Shown: piece by piece, positions 61,180 through 64,000 of the stretch
How positions within the stretch are numbered: position 1 is the first letter of the stretch
Layout: every line of letters starts with the position of its first letter
DNA from: Alphaproteobacteria bacterium
GTDB taxonomy: Bacteria; Pseudomonadota; Alphaproteobacteria; M2410
Length of the DNA: 64,000 nt
NCBI GenBank assembly: GCA_006226415.1
Contig: SBGZ01000085.1
Coordinates: 23,645-87,644 of the forward strand
Direction of reading: 5' to 3'
Position numbers and translations under genes: made by a program
Notes under the pieces: model-generated
What the model was told of the DNA's origin: nothing
What the model saw: the letters and a program-made list of their open reading frames with translations, nothing else
Databases searched by the model: none

Positions 61180-61905
61180 TTATCCTCGATGCACCAGCAA
61201 GGCTTCAGCAATGCGGCGATGAAGACTGCCAACCCCGCGCATGATGTGCAGCGAAACAAACAGTAGCACCAGACCAATGGGCACCAGCGCCAGGGCCGCA
61301 TAGGGGCTTTCCACCATACCAGCCAGCCAGGCCATATTCTCCTGCAGATAAGCAAGGCTTTCACTGTCAATCCGCACTGCGGCACTCGAGTCAAACAGAC
61401 TAACGAAGGGAGCAAAAATGAAGGACAAAGAAACGCTCATCGTCGTCACCACAAAAGTGAAGTAAACAATCCCAAGCCCGAGTTGAAGAACCATATAGAT
61501 CATGCTGGTCCAGGTTCGGCCGTCCTTCAGCATGGCCTTGATCTTGCCCCACAGGTTTGGAGTTTCGTCTTCGGCCGCTTCATCGCCCACATCGCCCTCA
61601 TGAGCGCGCGCCATATCTGCGCCGAGCAACCCCTGCGCCAAAAACCCTTCAAGATAAGAAAAAAGCCGGACCGTTGCCAAAAAGAGCAGTGCCAGCGGCA
61701 CACCGATGATCAAAATCATTGTGCCGAGTGACACGGAAAGACCGGTCACCACCCAAGTGAAATAAACAATGCCGGTTCCCAACGCCAGAACCATATAAAG
61801 CATCGCGCCATAGGTTTTGGGGTCCACAATGACGCCAAAAAACCGCGCCATGCCGCCGCGCCGGTCGTCACTACTGTCAAAATTAGCCTGATCTACAAGT
61901 GCCAT
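61180..61905 (-). CDS. Stand-alone putative sensor-domain (PF13796-like) membrane protein
   Basis: Internal duplication D.kTy..m.Y.vL.L..GIVYFT; multiple TMs; E..LA..LLG. Confidence 0.75.
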   Translation of the reverse strand: MALVDQANFDSSDDRRGGMARFFGVIVDPKTYGAMLYMVLALGTGIVYFTWVVTGLSVSLGTMILIIGVPLALLFLATVRLFSYLEGFLAQGLLGADMARAHEGDVGDEAAEDETPNLWGKIKAMLKDGRTWTSMIYMVLQLGLGIVYFTFVVTTMSVSLSFIFAPFVSLFDSSAAVRIDSESLAYLQENMAWLAGMVESPYAALALVPIGLVLLFVSLHIMRGVGSLHRRIAEALLVHRG

Positions 61906-62049
61906 GGGATTTAGCCCTCCTGAAATAACGGGAAAAGACCCTTAAAGGACCCTTCTCCGGTTTGCCTGCACCAATTGGCAGGCTCAGCCCTAAAGATAAG
62001 CCGCCGCGCGTCATTCCCATGACAACAGGTTTACAGAAAGTGTGGCACC

Positions 62050-62985
62050 CTAATCTCGCAAGGTCATCCGGCGATGGCCCTGCCAGGACTGAACCTCGAT
62101 AAAGATCCGCTTTGCCGCCGGCACAGCGTGTTTTATCTGGGATTCCAGAATTGTGATCGTCGCCTCCACATCGCCTGCCGACAGGGAATCTTCAAAATCA
62201 ACGCTCAGCGTCAAAAGAATGTCGGAGGGCCCCAGATGCATGGTCAAAATCTCGTTGACCCGGTTAATCTGCGGATGCGCCACCAAAAGGCGCTCGATAC
62301 GTTTGACAATATCAGGTGAAGCGGATTCGCCGATGAGCAAGCTCTTGGTTTCAACTGCAAGCAAAGTAGCCGTGCCCGCGAGGATAAGACCGATAACAAT
62401 GGAAGCCGCGCCATCAAGCACCGGGATATCAAAGGTCTTGCCAAGAAAAATTCCGAGAAAGGCCACAACGAGCCCCAAAAGGGCGGCTGAATCCTCCAGA
62501 AGAACCGTCATCACCGAAGGGTCCTTGGACTCTCGCATCGCCTGAAGAAAACCGCGCCGCCCCCGGCGCGAATTAAATTCCCGAAACGCAATCATCCAGG
62601 CGATGGCCTCAAAGATCATGGCCATACCCAAAACGATATAATTCACATAGACATTGGTCAGCGGCTCCGGGTGCAAAACCTTATGCACCCCCTCGTAGAG
62701 CGAAACACCTGCGCCCACGGCAAAAACCAGAATGGCGACCATAAAGGCCCAGAAATAAACCTCTTGCGCATAGCCAAAGGGATGGTCCTTGTCCGGCTTA
62801 CGTTCTGCGCGTCCAAGCCCATAGAGCAGCAGCGCCTGGTTGCCGGTGTCCACGGTTGAGTGAATAGCCTCTGAAAACATCGCCGAAGAACCGGTGATGG
62901 CGGCCGCGGCATATTTGGTAAAGGCAATGAGTGTATTGCCTGCCAGAGCCGCAAAGATGACGCGGCGAGAGCCTTGATGAGACAT
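62050..62985 (-). CDS. Cation diffusion facilitator (CDF) transporter
   Basis: SSAMFSEA.HS..DT.NQ, HPFGY, LEDSAA, LLIGE. Confidence 0.93.
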   Translation of the reverse strand: MSHQGSRRVIFAALAGNTLIAFTKYAAAAITGSSAMFSEAIHSTVDTGNQALLLYGLGRAERKPDKDHPFGYAQEVYFWAFMVAILVFAVGAGVSLYEGVHKVLHPEPLTNVYVNYIVLGMAMIFEAIAWMIAFREFNSRRGRRGFLQAMRESKDPSVMTVLLEDSAALLGLVVAFLGIFLGKTFDIPVLDGAASIVIGLILAGTATLLAVETKSLLIGESASPDIVKRIERLLVAHPQINRVNEILTMHLGPSDILLTLSVDFEDSLSAGDVEATITILESQIKHAVPAAKRIFIEVQSWQGHRRMTLRD

Positions 62986-63067
62986 GAAGCAAAAACCGTT
63001 AACTCAGGGTCCTTTAAAAACGCTCGACGAATCTAGCGCGATTTTCGCCCCCAAGACCAGCCTCTTC

Positions 63068-63715
63068 TCACGTCTCGGCATCCGGCTGGTTCTGCGGCGC
63101 CGCCAATTGAAAGGCCGGTAGTGACAAGGCTGCCTCCTCAATTCTTAAAATCGTCGGGTAACGCGTCATATCAACATCATAGCGCCGCGCATTAACGATT
63201 TGTGGGATGAGACATATATCGGCCAGCGTGGGCATGTCTCCATGAGCAAAGCGGCCGGTTTCTTCTTCACGGGTGAACTGCTTTTCAAGGGAGTCAAATC
63301 CAAGCGTGATCCAATGCCGGGCCCAAGCGGCCATCGTCGCGGCAGGGTCTTCAGCCCCTGCACTCACCCGCTGCAAAACCCGAAGGTTTTGGATCGGATG
63401 TATGTCCGCGGCCACAGCCAGAGCAATCTGGCGCACCCGCGCCCGCGCAAATGCCTCTGATGGCAAAATCGGCACATCCGGATAGACCTCTTCCAGATAC
63501 TCCAGAATGGCCAGCGAATTGGAGATCACGCGGCCATCTGTTTCAAGCGCCGGCACAAGCCCGTGAGGATTGACCTTAAGGTAGCTCTCCGACTTTTGCT
63601 CACCGCCATTTTTTACGAGATGCACGGGCACGGTCTCAGCATCAAGCCCCTTGAGGTTAAGACCAATGCGCACCCGATAGGCCGCCGAGGAACGCCAGTA
63701 GGAGTAAAGCTTCAT
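63068..63715 (-). CDS. maiA: Maleylacetoacetate isomerase (zeta GST)
   Basis: MKLYSYWRSSAAYRVRI.LNLKG, DIHP.QNLRV, P.NQPD. Confidence 0.95.
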   Translation of the reverse strand: MKLYSYWRSSAAYRVRIGLNLKGLDAETVPVHLVKNGGEQKSESYLKVNPHGLVPALETDGRVISNSLAILEYLEEVYPDVPILPSEAFARARVRQIALAVAADIHPIQNLRVLQRVSAGAEDPAATMAAWARHWITLGFDSLEKQFTREEETGRFAHGDMPTLADICLIPQIVNARRYDVDMTRYPTILRIEEAALSLPAFQLAAPQNQPDAET

Positions 63716-63719
63716 GGTG

Positions 63720-64000
63720 CTAACCTTTGTATTGGACCACTTGTTGATCAATCGCGCCAAAGATCGACTTGCCTTGCACATCATTCATCTCAATGCGAAT
63801 GCGGTCTCCGAAGGACATGAACGGCGTCTCGGGCGCGCCCTTGTCGATAGTCTCCAACATGCGGATTTCCGCCAGGCAGCAATAGCCGTTTGAGCGATCC
63901 ACATTTGAAACCGTACCGGACCCCACAATCGCACCGGACCCGAGCGGGCGGGTCTTGGCGGCATGTGCCACAAGTTCCGGGAAAGAAAACGTCATGTCGA
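63720..64000 (-). CDS. Fumarylacetoacetate hydrolase family protein, C-terminal part (truncated by window edge)
   Basis: F..L.AH.AKTR.L..G.IVGSGTVSN, TPFM.FGD.IRIEM, SIFGAIDQ. Confidence 0.9.
   Translation of the reverse strand, partial: DMTFSFPELVAHAAKTRPLGSGAIVGSGTVSNVDRSNGYCCLAEIRMLETIDKGAPETPFMSFGDRIRIEMNDVQGKSIFGAIDQQVVQYKG

Noticed and set aside
1-64000. CRISPR arrays, IS elements, prophage genes, rRNA, riboswitches
   Set aside because: None were recognised by eye; intergenic gaps are short and show no spaced direct repeats.

Overview
This is a GC-rich alphaproteobacterial chromosome segment, probably from an aquatic heterotroph. Families were assigned by eye from motifs, with no database searches. 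About 1-29 kb is mostly conserved core genes (accA, xerD, aroK-aroB, CorC/HlyC, bolA, a J-domain gene, cobS/cobT, rpmB, a SUV3-like helicase, hslR, fdxA, carD, an M48 peptidase, a thermonuclease and cytochrome c2), with an orphan LanC-like gene and a TIMP-like secreted protein inserted among them. About 29-56 kb is accessory metabolism: a sulfatase/GST/acyl-CoA dehydrogenase operon, an RND pump next to a flavin-dependent halogenase and an SPFH gene, psd-pssA, an FkbM methylase, amidohydrolases, a CobW-type GTPase, a CYP153-type P450 and a PA2778/PA2779-like pair. Downstream of tRNA-Arg(CCT) is the best candidate for an undescribed system. It pairs a YpsA-type SLOG domain fused to two SLATT-like 2TM modules with a TIR (catalytic Glu intact)-3TM-WD40x7-3TM protein. 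By inference this is a Thoeris-like nucleotide-signalling module with a Toll-like membrane sensor and a membrane effector. No CRISPR array, IS element, prophage or rRNA was seen.
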